Source: Candidatus Algichlamydia australiensis (lineage in GTDB: Bacteria; Chlamydiota; Chlamydiia; Chlamydiales; JAJFMI01). Taken from it: a DNA stretch of 64,000 nt. The stretch covers positions 628,875-692,874 of the forward strand of contig JAXCHI010000003.1 of assembly GCA_033977065.1 (NCBI GenBank), written 5' to 3'. The notes beneath the pieces were generated by a model. It was not told where the DNA came from. It searched no databases and worked only from the letters and a program-made list of their open reading frames with translations. How positions within the stretch are numbered: position 1 is the stretch's first letter; each line of letters opens with the position of its first letter. The position numbers were made by a program, and so were the translations under genes. This document shows positions 38,770 through 47,988 of this stretch, one piece after another.

Positions 38770-41367
38770 ATGTACTTAGGCGAATACGCGTTTGAAAAAA
38801 AGTCTTTCCCAAATTTAGTAGATGTTTTTGCTGAGTTTAAGGGGCCGAAATTTGAAAAGCTCAATGAGCACATGCGGCGCTGTGCTGTTTCTCGCGCGCT
38901 TTGCCACTTGATTGAAGAGCAGGAAGAACCCTGCTTTTTGCTTCCCCATGTCATCGATTTCATTTCAAAGCTCCACGAGGAAAAAATTATTGGGTATTAT
39001 ACCTTCTCTAGTTTTGAACTCTGGTTGAATCAGTACTCTTCTTTGAGTGACGAAGAGAATTATCATGTGAGGGCAAAGATTGTAGGTGCGCGAGTACCCC
39101 GTGATGCTTATCAAGTTTACTTTCCTATTGGTATGGGCAAGCGCTATGAAGGCTCCCATTTTGTCACGGCTCATAGCTCTCCCGATTTGGATACGACCGT
39201 TGCCTCTTTTTGGGGATGGGTCGATGCGTTTGGTGCAAGGGTTGGAAAGGGTTTGCATATTTGGAATGTTCCTGGCGGACCACCTGGAAATCAGATTGAA
39301 ATTGGGATGCTTTTTTACGATTTGCTTGGCAAGGGAATTTTCTCTAACTTAGCCAAGGGTCGCTCGCGTCTAACGCTTTCAAGCTATGATTTAATGACCC
39401 AAGAGGGGCTAATTAAGAAATTGCCACAGGAACCGGCACTCAGTCTTGACCACGAGAGAAATTTAAATGCGATTGTTTTGATCGATAAAGAGGGCTACTT
39501 TTTAGGGGATTGGCGCTATTTTGATGTGGAGGGTGTCCGTCAGGTTGTTACAGCTCTTGAAAATTGCTTGCGCTGGATCGAAAATGACATGCACTCGCGT
39601 ATCATTACTTTTTTTGCCAAAAAGGAGTTAAAGAGAGAAGAGGTCCCGCCATTTGCAGAGTCCCTCATGTATGAGGAGATCAAGTCTTCTGAGCCGGGCC
39701 GCGATTTGACGCTCCGCCAGCAAAAACTCTTGCAGCTCTACTTAGAAAAAGTTCTTCGTGTTGCTAGCGGTTTCAATTGCACATTCTTAGAGCTTGTTGA
39801 TGCAATGGAGAGCGCTTCGATCGCAGATTTCTCTAATTTCAAAAGGTATCTCAAGGAGCTAGAGACAAAGGGCTTTTTTGACTCTTCAGGCGCATTGATT
39901 GAAGATCGCCCCAAGCTCTTCTCGCATATTGAAAAAATTATGAGCGCTCTTTCGGATGGGTTTCGCGAGATTCGTCTTTATGTTGAGCAATTGGAAATTG
40001 CGCTAAAAATTAAATCTAATGTTTTTGGTTACGCTCCGCAATATCTTGGTTACAGGGCAGATATTGAAGAGGTCAAAACAAAAATGGGCTCCTATCCTTA
40101 TCTGACGGTAACATACCCAGATCCGTCTGGAAAAAAGATTCCTGTGGGGGTTGTTCACGCATCGAGTTTGCAAAAGCCAACTTTAGGGACTGTAACACTG
40201 CGCGATTTTTCAAACAGAGAAGAGACTAAGGTACCCTCATTTTTAGAGGTGATCAGTGTCATCGACCATCACAAGAGCAACTTTTCAACTCAAGTACCTG
40301 CCACAATTATTGTAAGCGATGCGCAATCGGCAAATGCACTTGTTGCTCAAGCAAGTTTTACAATTCATGATCGTTACTCCTCTTTTGGTTTTGATTCGAA
40401 AGCAGTTGATGCGCAAATTAACGAGTTACAGGGCAAAAAAGACCGAGAATCTCTACGCCTTCTGCAAAGGCTCTTACAACGTCAAGGCGTATCAGAAGAA
40501 TATTATATCGCTAAAGATCGTCAGTTTATGGAGTATTTGCACTATCTCTTTGCGATTTTAGATGATACTGATCTTTTGACAAAACTCTCCTACCGCGATG
40601 TCTATACTGTTGCTTCTTTGGTCAATCGTATGAAGTCGATTATCGAGGGCAAAGAGGTCGAGCTCATACACTTTGATGATATTCCTCAAGACCAAAAATT
40701 TGTGAAAAAGGCTGCAAAGCGTCTTCTGCAGTGTCACGATCTCCACTCTTTATATGCTAAAGTCTACGTGGCTCGCGAAAATGCTGTAGATGAGGAGATT
40801 GAAAAAGCTGCGAAGGGGGAAGAGACGGGCTTTTATCTCGACACTAAGATTCAAAATAATTGCGTACGCGTGGGGCAGAGTAAACTTTTTCGCAAAAATT
40901 TGCCCTGTTTCAGCAAGCATGTTGAAGCCCTTCAAAAGCGCTGGTATGAGGAGAGTTTAGCTGCTTTTGAGAAAAAAGATGAACTGGATCTACATCTTCA
41001 TATGATTTCTACGATTGCTTCTGCAGAGGAGCTTGTTAGTGGCAATGAAACAAGGTATGAGCATAAAGATGAGCTTTGGATTTTTATACCCAAAACAGAT
41101 CTTGGTACAGAGCATTTGCGCCTCTTTCTAAGCGCTTTTCAAAATTCTCCCCAGATTGCGCATGCTGAGGTAGAAGGGGAGTTTGTGGGGGAAAACGCGG
41201 AAGAGCTTGCTACAATATTCAAAGAGAGTTTTCGCAATATTCCCATGAAAGTTGCAGAAAAGCCGCAAGGGCCTCCGATTGCAATTTTGCGTTATCCAGC
41301 AGGGACGATCAACTCACGCAAGAGCATGATCACGCCCTACCTTCCTACTCATCACATCGCTAACTAA
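38770..41367 (+). CDS. Large DHH-family phosphoesterase-like protein
   Basis: HFVTAHSSPDLDTTVASF matches the DHH-family DxD motif, and VISVIDHHKSN matches the DHH motif. They are separated by about 350 aa. The protein is 865 aa in total. Confidence 0.55.
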   Translation: MYLGEYAFEKKSFPNLVDVFAEFKGPKFEKLNEHMRRCAVSRALCHLIEEQEEPCFLLPHVIDFISKLHEEKIIGYYTFSSFELWLNQYSSLSDEENYHVRAKIVGARVPRDAYQVYFPIGMGKRYEGSHFVTAHSSPDLDTTVASFWGWVDAFGARVGKGLHIWNVPGGPPGNQIEIGMLFYDLLGKGIFSNLAKGRSRLTLSSYDLMTQEGLIKKLPQEPALSLDHERNLNAIVLIDKEGYFLGDWRYFDVEGVRQVVTALENCLRWIENDMHSRIITFFAKKELKREEVPPFAESLMYEEIKSSEPGRDLTLRQQKLLQLYLEKVLRVASGFNCTFLELVDAMESASIADFSNFKRYLKELETKGFFDSSGALIEDRPKLFSHIEKIMSALSDGFREIRLYVEQLEIALKIKSNVFGYAPQYLGYRADIEEVKTKMGSYPYLTVTYPDPSGKKIPVGVVHASSLQKPTLGTVTLRDFSNREETKVPSFLEVISVIDHHKSNFSTQVPATIIVSDAQSANALVAQASFTIHDRYSSFGFDSKAVDAQINELQGKKDRESLRLLQRLLQRQGVSEEYYIAKDRQFMEYLHYLFAILDDTDLLTKLSYRDVYTVASLVNRMKSIIEGKEVELIHFDDIPQDQKFVKKAAKRLLQCHDLHSLYAKVYVARENAVDEEIEKAAKGEETGFYLDTKIQNNCVRVGQSKLFRKNLPCFSKHVEALQKRWYEESLAAFEKKDELDLHLHMISTIASAEELVSGNETRYEHKDELWIFIPKTDLGTEHLRLFLSAFQNSPQIAHAEVEGEFVGENAEELATIFKESFRNIPMKVAEKPQGPPIAILRYPAGTINSRKSMITPYLPTHHIAN

Positions 41368-41644
41368 TTGTTTCTGTTGAAGCGGCAGCCTCTTCAGATG
41401 GAGTCTCTTCTTCTTTTTCAAGAATTTCTAAATTGACTCGTACACCAGCGCGTGAAGCGACAGACATCAGAAGGGTGCGAATCGCATTGATTGTCTTCCC
41501 TTTCTTTCCAATGATTTTTCCAATGTCTGCTTTTTCAACGCTGAGCTCGATGATCTTGGTTTGAGAGCCACCAATTTCATTGATTTTGACACTGTCTGGA
41601 TTGTCGACTAAATTTTTAATGATGTATTCAACAAATTCTTTCAT
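41360..41644 (-). CDS. KH-domain RNA-binding protein (UPF0109/YlqC-like)
   Basis: The motif ADIGKIIGKKGKTINAIRTL contains the KH GxxG loop. Confidence 0.75.
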   Translation of the reverse strand: MKEFVEYIIKNLVDNPDSVKINEIGGSQTKIIELSVEKADIGKIIGKKGKTINAIRTLLMSVASRAGVRVNLEILEKEEETPSEEAAASTETIS

Positions 41645-41657
41645 AGCTCGATACCTG

Positions 41658-42566
41658 TTAATCGTAGTAAGTGTTTATTATACTTGAAGATTTAATTTTA
41701 GGGAACTCCGAACTAGCTTCCAGCGAGATTTTTTCTCCTGTAAAGGGGTGGATGAAAGTGAGCCTGTGAGCGTGCAGCATCATTCTTGGAGCCTCATGCT
41801 TGGTATTCATTTTTTCAAATCCGTAGGTGCGATCTCCGAAAACGGGTGTACCAAGGCTCTGCAAATGGACGCGAATTTGGTGTGTGCGTCCTGTTTTTGG
41901 TTTTAAGCGAACAAGAGAAAAAGGCTCTTCAAATGAGAGGGTCTCAAACTCGGTTATTGCCTCTTTTCCTTTTTCTGTAATCGCCATCTCTTTACGGCGC
42001 AAGTGGTGGCGGCCGATTGGCTTATCAATTACCCCCGCTCCAGGATTGCCCACGCAGATGGCAAGGTACTCTTTTTGCATCTCTCTTTTTGCAAAAAGCT
42101 CGGTCAGTTTCTCATGTGCAATCCTTGTTTTAGCTGCAAGAAGTACTCCTGAAGTATCTTTATCTAAACGATGCACGATACCAGGGCGGTGCTCTTCTCC
42201 AACTTCAGAAATATTTTTGCAGTGATAGAGCAGAGCATTGACAAAAGTGCCAGTTGGGTGACCTGGTGCAGGATGCACGACCATCCCAGCTGGTTTATGA
42301 ACAGCGATGAGGTGCTCATCTTCAAATAAAATGTTAAGAGGGATATTTTCTGGAACAAGCGCTATCTCTTCGACAGGGGGGAAGCGAACAGCAATTAAAT
42401 CTCCGATTTGAGGAATGGTGCGCTTTTTTGCGATCTCTCCATTTAAAGTTACCCCACCATTAATAATAATTTCTTGAAAATAGGTGCGCGAACGTTCTGG
42501 GTAGCGTGAGACGAGAAGTAGGTCAAGTCGCAGAGGTGCTTCAACGGTGAAAGTTTCGCTATCCAT
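41658..42566 (-). CDS. RluA/RluD-family 23S rRNA pseudouridine synthase
   Basis: The N-terminus is S4-like. The catalytic motif is HRLDKDTSGVLL, and GRTHQIRVH is present. The ORF opens at 42584. Confidence 0.85.
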   Translation of the reverse strand: MDSETFTVEAPLRLDLLLVSRYPERSRTYFQEIIINGGVTLNGEIAKKRTIPQIGDLIAVRFPPVEEIALVPENIPLNILFEDEHLIAVHKPAGMVVHPAPGHPTGTFVNALLYHCKNISEVGEEHRPGIVHRLDKDTSGVLLAAKTRIAHEKLTELFAKREMQKEYLAICVGNPGAGVIDKPIGRHHLRRKEMAITEKGKEAITEFETLSFEEPFSLVRLKPKTGRTHQIRVHLQSLGTPVFGDRTYGFEKMNTKHEAPRMMLHAHRLTFIHPFTGEKISLEASSEFPKIKSSSIINTYYD

Positions 42567-42593
42567 AGAGAAATAGCATAACAAAATTTCTTA

Positions 42594-42842
42594 TTAACCA
42601 CCAGACCACATACGGCGCATGCGGCGGTTTTCTCTCTTCCATTGATCATTTTCTTTTTTAATTTCTAGAGAGATATTTTGCTCTAAGTTCTTCATGAACA
42701 TCTGCCACTGCTTGGGGGTAAAGGTCATATTACCCCAAACGTGTCCGCTCCCACCAGATGATGGGGGCTTTTGAAGCTCTGGGTGAGTTGCCTCTGCCTT
42801 TTGAGGGCTCGGCTCTGGGGAAGTAGGACCAACAGCAGACAT
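42594..42842 (-). CDS. Hypothetical small protein
   Basis: It is an 82-aa ORF with a Pro/Ser-rich N-terminus and a basic C-terminus. No family was recognised. Confidence 0.3.
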   Translation of the reverse strand: MSAVGPTSPEPSPQKAEATHPELQKPPSSGGSGHVWGNMTFTPKQWQMFMKNLEQNISLEIKKENDQWKRENRRMRRMWSGG

Positions 42843-43237
42843 GCCCCTTTATTTATCAAATAAATAATTTAATTGCTACGCGCTACAAAGGTTGCTTCCA
42901 TCTGAAGAGCCGCTTGTCAAATAGCTATAGTATTGCTCTTCTATTTGCTCTTCTTGCTCTTTAGCATTGTCCCGCCCTTCAGAGGCCGTATTGTGAATAT
43001 CTTTTAATTCCTTTCGCGCATCTGATCGAATTGTCTCTCCGGAAACGTCTGAAAAAACGACAACGGAGTTATCTGGCAAAGTAGAGCCGGCTTCTGCAGC
43101 TCCGTATTGTCCATCACAATCGTAGATGGTATAAGTAGCGCTGGGATCGGTGGTATAGGTTTTCCATATAATTCTATCCTTCCTTACTTTAATAATAACA
43201 AATTGTTAATAAAGTGTAAAATTATTTTTATTTTAAT

Positions 43238-43816
43238 ATGTTACTTACTTACAAAGAGTTAGAAAATAAACGTGATTTAATTCTCTTAATTGAAGGCGAA
43301 TTTTGGAAAAAAGTTCGTAAATCACTCTTTATCAAAGAGATAAAAGATTTGCAGAAATGCCTTAGTATTAAGGATTTAGAAGAAGCTTTTTTCGAGCTCG
43401 AAAAAAAAGCGGCCTACCGAGTAGCTGTGGATCTTCTGAGTCGCGCCACACAGCTTGAAGGAGCTCTTAAGAGGAAGTTAAAAGAGAGGTTTCTCTCAGA
43501 AGAGGCGGCTGATTACGCCATAAGACGCTTGCAGGAAATGGGCTATACGAATGAGAGAGATGATGTAGAACGGGCGATTGAGAGCTATTTTCGCAAAGGC
43601 TACGGTCCAAGAGGTGTTTTTGCCAAGCTACGCATGAAAACCTCCCTTTCTGATCAGGAGCTTCAAGCTAAAATTGCTTCTGCAGTCAGTGAGGAGGAGC
43701 AGCTAGAAAAAATGCGCGAGCTTCTTGAAAGGGGAAAGAGTTTGCGTTTTCTTGCCTCTCGTGGATTTCCTTTTCACCTTATTTCTCAGCTGGACGAAAG
43801 TGGGATAACCCGTTAA
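43238..43816 (+). CDS. recX: RecX-like regulatory protein
   Basis: Repeated three-helix units are seen, for example AADYAIRRLQEMGYTNERDDVERAIESYFRKGYGPRGVFAKLRMK. Confidence 0.65.
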   Translation: MLLTYKELENKRDLILLIEGEFWKKVRKSLFIKEIKDLQKCLSIKDLEEAFFELEKKAAYRVAVDLLSRATQLEGALKRKLKERFLSEEAADYAIRRLQEMGYTNERDDVERAIESYFRKGYGPRGVFAKLRMKTSLSDQELQAKIASAVSEEEQLEKMRELLERGKSLRFLASRGFPFHLISQLDESGITR

Positions 43817-43828
43817 ACTGCAGTTAAG

Positions 43829-44956
43829 ATGAGACGATTGTTCCTCCTGTTTTTTATTCCGCTTTTGCTTTTTGCTCAAGACGAGCAAGAGATCGATGAT
43901 TCTATTATCATTGTGCCACGAGATCAGGTGATCAATGACGATTACTATGCATGGGGCGGTACAATAGAAATCGCGGGTGTGATCAATGGGGATCTTTACG
44001 TCACAGGGTCACAAATTTTTATTGATGGAACGGTTAATGGAGATGTACTTGTTGCAGGAGGGAGTGTCAATATTTCTGGACAGGTTGTTGGAGATTTGCG
44101 TCTTCTCTCTGGCCAAACGTTGATCACAGGGTCAATTGGTCGCAGTGCCACACTGGTTTCGGGGAATGTAGAGATGACATCGCCCGCTTCGATTGGTCGT
44201 AATCTTTCTGCTTTATGTGGGAACATGGACTTAGCGGGACGTTTAGAGGGCAATGGTCATATCTACTCCTCAAGCTTGCGTCTTTCAGATAGGGTAGGGG
44301 GCAACATTGCGGCTTACGTAGGACGCATGCGCGCAACTTCGACGACAAATATTCAGGGGAAATTAGAGTATTGGAGTGATCAGCTGGCACTCATCTCTCC
44401 TGGTGCTACAATCCAAGGCGGTCTCTTGCACCACCCCTCTTTTATTTATACGCTCTCACAGCATCCTTGGCTTAAGTGGTTACAAATTGGATCGAAGTTG
44501 GCAACACTGCTCATGAACTTTTTCTACTCTCTCATTTTGGGATTTATTTTCATGCGTTACTTTCAGCATCGTCTTGATCGCGCATTTTCCGCGATGGAAA
44601 GAAAGCCACTCCAGTCGCTTATTACAGGGGCGCTTGTACTGATCGTCTTACCGCTTATCTCCCTTTTGCTCCTCATGACAATTTTAGGTGTGCCATTTGC
44701 TTTAACGCTTCTGGCAATTAATGTGATCGGTTTCTATACAGGTAAAATCTTCACCATGCTCTTTGTTACTAGGTGGGGGTTAGGGAAACTGCACAAAGAG
44801 AAGTGGCGAAAAATAGGTTATATGCTCACACTAATTGGCTATTTTTTCCTGACTATGATTCCCTATTTTGGACAGGCACTTGTCTTTGCTGTTACGCTTT
44901 TTGGTCTTGGAGCGATTGTCACAGGTCGCGCCGATCTTGCTAAATCTCAGATGTAA
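43829..44956 (+). CDS. Exported bactofilin-like beta-helix repeat domain fused to a polytopic membrane domain
   Basis: It has a signal peptide, then repeats GDLYVTGSQIFIDGTVNGDVLVAGGSVNISGQVVGDLRLLSG..., then about 4 transmembrane helices. Confidence 0.55.
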   Translation: MRRLFLLFFIPLLLFAQDEQEIDDSIIIVPRDQVINDDYYAWGGTIEIAGVINGDLYVTGSQIFIDGTVNGDVLVAGGSVNISGQVVGDLRLLSGQTLITGSIGRSATLVSGNVEMTSPASIGRNLSALCGNMDLAGRLEGNGHIYSSSLRLSDRVGGNIAAYVGRMRATSTTNIQGKLEYWSDQLALISPGATIQGGLLHHPSFIYTLSQHPWLKWLQIGSKLATLLMNFFYSLILGFIFMRYFQHRLDRAFSAMERKPLQSLITGALVLIVLPLISLLLLMTILGVPFALTLLAINVIGFYTGKIFTMLFVTRWGLGKLHKEKWRKIGYMLTLIGYFFLTMIPYFGQALVFAVTLFGLGAIVTGRADLAKSQM

Positions 44957-44996
44957 TCTGTTGATAGTCAGTAAGTAATGCTTGGTATCTTCTTTT

Positions 44997-45100
44997 ATAT
45001 GTTGGATTTTTTCCTGTTTTCCAACATATCAAATGTGATATGTTGACTGAGTCAACATATTCTGATAATATGTTGAAAAATATGAAAAAATTCAACATAT
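44997..45100. promoter_or_regulatory. Operator-like array of six alternating ATATGTTG/CAACATAT motifs upstream of fic
   Basis: ATATGTTG lies at 44997, 45038 and 45068. CAACATAT lies at 45022, 45053 and 45093. The last copy overlaps the fic ATG at 45099. Confidence 0.7.
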
Positions 45101-46190
45101 GAAAAAGTTTGATCCTGACGCACCGTACAACGAACTCCCTCTACTTCCTCCAAGATACTCCCTCGAAACGCCTGGTGTTTTAAAAGCTTGCATCGAAGCA
45201 AACAAGGAGTTGGCAAAACTAAAGATTGCAGAACGCCTTATTCCAAATCAAACCGTTTTAATTAACTGTATACCTCTTTTAGAGTCTCAAGCAAGTTCTG
45301 CAATTGAAAATATTGTAACAACGACTGATGAGCTCTTTGAGTATGCTCAAAGTGTGCTAACAACAACACCTTCGGCTACGAAAGAGACTCTGCAATACAG
45401 GCAGGCATTAAACCTTGGATATAAATTACTACAGAAAAGACCTTTGAGCACAGCTATTGTCTGTGAAATTTGTTCGACAATAAGACAAGTTGATGTGGAT
45501 ATTAGGGATTTGCCAGGCACAGTTCTTATGAATGATTTTTCTGGTGAAAAGATTTACACTCCTCCTGAAGGGGAAGGTAGATTAAGAAACCTCTTAGATA
45601 ACTGGCTAGATTATCTTCATCAAGATGATGATGGCATAGACCCGCTTATAAAACTTGCTGTTCAGCATTACCAATTTGAAGCGATACACCCCTTTTCTGA
45701 TGGCAATGGTCGCACGGGACGCATTGTCAATTTGTTGTATTTGATACAGAGAGGCTTGTTAGATACCCCGATTCTCTACTTAAGCGGATATATTATTAAG
45801 AATAGGGCAGAGTATTACAAGCGTTTGTTAGATGTTACAGCTAGAGAAGCTTGGGAGGAGTGGATTCTTTACTTTCTAGACGCAATTTTCGAAACATCTA
45901 AGTGGACACTATCTAAAATTTTAGCAATTCAAAAGCTATTAGATGAGTCCTGCGTGTTAATAAAGTTAAAAGCGCCTACAATTTATAGTAAAGAGCTTGT
46001 TGAACTGCTTTTTACACAGCCTTATATCCGGATTCAAAACTTAGTAGAATCCGAGGGAATTGGTCGAGATACAGCATCTAAGCGCTTAAAAATACTTTCC
46101 GGAATAGGCTTTTTGCAAGAAGTAAAAAGAGGGAGGGACAGGCTGTTCATTAACCACAGATTTCTCAATCTTCTCAAACAAAAAGAATAG
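45099..46190 (+). CDS. Fic-family protein (AMPylase-type motif) with an N-terminal inhibitory-helix motif and a C-terminal wHTH-like tail
   Basis: HPFSDGNGRTGR matches HxFx(D/E)GNGRxxR. SSAIEN matches (S/T)xxxE(G/N). Confidence 0.85.
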   Translation: MKKFDPDAPYNELPLLPPRYSLETPGVLKACIEANKELAKLKIAERLIPNQTVLINCIPLLESQASSAIENIVTTTDELFEYAQSVLTTTPSATKETLQYRQALNLGYKLLQKRPLSTAIVCEICSTIRQVDVDIRDLPGTVLMNDFSGEKIYTPPEGEGRLRNLLDNWLDYLHQDDDGIDPLIKLAVQHYQFEAIHPFSDGNGRTGRIVNLLYLIQRGLLDTPILYLSGYIIKNRAEYYKRLLDVTAREAWEEWILYFLDAIFETSKWTLSKILAIQKLLDESCVLIKLKAPTIYSKELVELLFTQPYIRIQNLVESEGIGRDTASKRLKILSGIGFLQEVKRGRDRLFINHRFLNLLKQKE

Positions 46191-46587
46191 CATTATTTTT
46201 ACGTCAAAGCTCTCGCATAAAAATAGATCCCAAACGTAAAAACAGGGTGACCAAAAGGATTTAACGACACTGTATAGAACATGCAAAGTTTTCTGCAAAA
46301 CAAAAAAAACAGCCGCGCAAGCGACGTGAAAGGGGCCCTACCCAAAACGAAGTGGAGGGTGGGGAATGAACGCGCGATGCGCTCGATGGCTTCAGATTGG
46401 CTTTGAAAAATTGCGGTGCAGGAGGAAGAAGTAGTGCTTTGCACGGTTTTCCGACGAAACGCAATTTGGCATGCCAAGATGAAGCTCAAAGGGCAGCGGG
46501 GATTTGCCCGACTGTCTCTATTGGCTGTTTTTTTTTAAATTAAACACTAAGATTTTCTGTTACGGAGTACTAGTACTCTGTAACAGT
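46190..46587 (-). repeat. Repeat with a GC-rich core (copy 2, inverted; core 46310-46527 is 134 bp longer)
   Basis: Its reverse complement aligns with 12771-13005. This includes the CTGTTACNGAGTACTAGTAC palindrome, the CAGCC...GGCTG core and the TCGTTAAATCC...GGTCACC tail. Confidence 0.65.
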
Positions 46588-46593
46588 TGCTCT

Positions 46594-47988
46594 TCAAAAT
46601 TCTACTTGGCCGGGGACGCGTGGAAAAGCAATCACATCACGAATGTTTTCCATCCCTGTAACAAATTGCACAAGGCGCTCAAAACCAGCCCCAAAGCCAC
46701 TGTGTGGCACTGAGCCATAGCGACGTAGGTCAAGGTACCACTTGTAGTGTTCTATATCGAGATCGTGCGCTTTGAATTTTGCTTCAAGAAGATCGAAGCG
46801 CTCTTCACGCTGTGATCCACCAATAATCTCGCCCACTTTTGGAACCAAGATATCGAGCGCGGCTACAGTTTTGTGATCGTCATTTTCTCGCATATAGAAC
46901 GCTTTAATCTCTTTAGGGTAGTCGGTTACAATGACCGGTTTTTTGGCGTGTTTTTCTGTGAGATAGCGCTCATGTTCGGTTTGTAGATCGATCCCCCATT
47001 TAGGTTCAAAGTCAAATTTTTCATTAGACTTTTGCAGAATTTCAACAGCTTCTGTGTAGGGGATATGAGCGAAGGGGGTATCTAAGATATGGTCGAGGCG
47101 TTTGTGCAAGCCTTTCTCTACCCACTTATCGAAAAAGTTTAGGTCCTCTTCGCAATTCTCTTTTGCATATTTCACAAGGTATTTGAGATACTCTTCGCCA
47201 ATTTTAGCTGTATCTGCAAGATCTGCAAAAGCCATTTCTGGTTCAATCATCCAAAATTCGGCTAAGTGACGTGCCGTATGGGAATTTTCTGCGCGGAAAG
47301 TGGGGCCAAAAGTGTAGATATCTGAAAGAGCTGTGGCGTATGCTTCTCCATTAAGTTGACCGGATACGGTCAGGAAAGCAGGCTTTCCAAAAAAGTCTTT
47401 GGAAAAGTCAATGCTACCATCTTCTTTTTTTGGAGGAGCCTGCAAATCGAGTGAGCTCACCTGAAACATCTCACCAGCGCCTTCACAATCAGAGCTTGTG
47501 ATGATTGGGCTTTGCAGATAGAGAAAGCCGTGTTCTTGAAAAAAACTATGAGTTGCAAAGGCAAGGGCATTGCGTACGCGTGCAACAGCGCCCTGTGTAT
47601 TTGTGCGGGGGCGCAAATGCGCAATGGTGCGTAAAAACTCAAAGGAGTGACGCTTTTTTTGCAGAGGATACTCATCAGCAGGGCAGCTCCCAATAAGTTC
47701 AATGTTCTCAACCTGCATTTCAACTTGTTGTTTACCTCCGGGACTCTCTACAAGTTTACCTGTTGCACGAATGGCGGCACCTGTTGTCAGTTGTGAAATG
47801 AGTCCAGAATAACCGGGAAGTTCGCTCTGAACGACAAGTTGAAAGTTGGCAAGTGTTGAACCATCATTGAGCTCGATAAAAGAAAATGTTTTCTGTTCAC
47901 GTTTACTACGAATCCATCCGGCGACTTGTACTTCTTCTCCGATTTTTGATTCTTTAATGAGTTGTTTAATTTTTGTTCTACTTGGCAT
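46594..47988 (-). CDS. asnS: Asparagine--tRNA ligase
   Basis: Class IIb motifs are present: FRAENSHTARHLAEFWMIEPE and GSVPHSGFGAGFERLV...IRDVIAFPR. Confidence 0.9.
   Translation of the reverse strand: MPSRTKIKQLIKESKIGEEVQVAGWIRSKREQKTFSFIELNDGSTLANFQLVVQSELPGYSGLISQLTTGAAIRATGKLVESPGGKQQVEMQVENIELIGSCPADEYPLQKKRHSFEFLRTIAHLRPRTNTQGAVARVRNALAFATHSFFQEHGFLYLQSPIITSSDCEGAGEMFQVSSLDLQAPPKKEDGSIDFSKDFFGKPAFLTVSGQLNGEAYATALSDIYTFGPTFRAENSHTARHLAEFWMIEPEMAFADLADTAKIGEEYLKYLVKYAKENCEEDLNFFDKWVEKGLHKRLDHILDTPFAHIPYTEAVEILQKSNEKFDFEPKWGIDLQTEHERYLTEKHAKKPVIVTDYPKEIKAFYMRENDDHKTVAALDILVPKVGEIIGGSQREERFDLLEAKFKAHDLDIEHYKWYLDLRRYGSVPHSGFGAGFERLVQFVTGMENIRDVIAFPRVPGQVEF

Noticed and set aside
42876..43170. 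A 67-aa ORF (TTG start) whose frame stays open about 90 nt further upstream
   Set aside because: The extended frame has no usable start codon, and no family was recognised. It may be a gene remnant, so it is not listed as a feature.
46199..46489. 96-aa and 67-aa ORFs between fic and asnS
   Set aside because: They lie inside the GC-core repeat. The shorter copy at 12.8 kb does not preserve these frames, so protein coding is unlikely.
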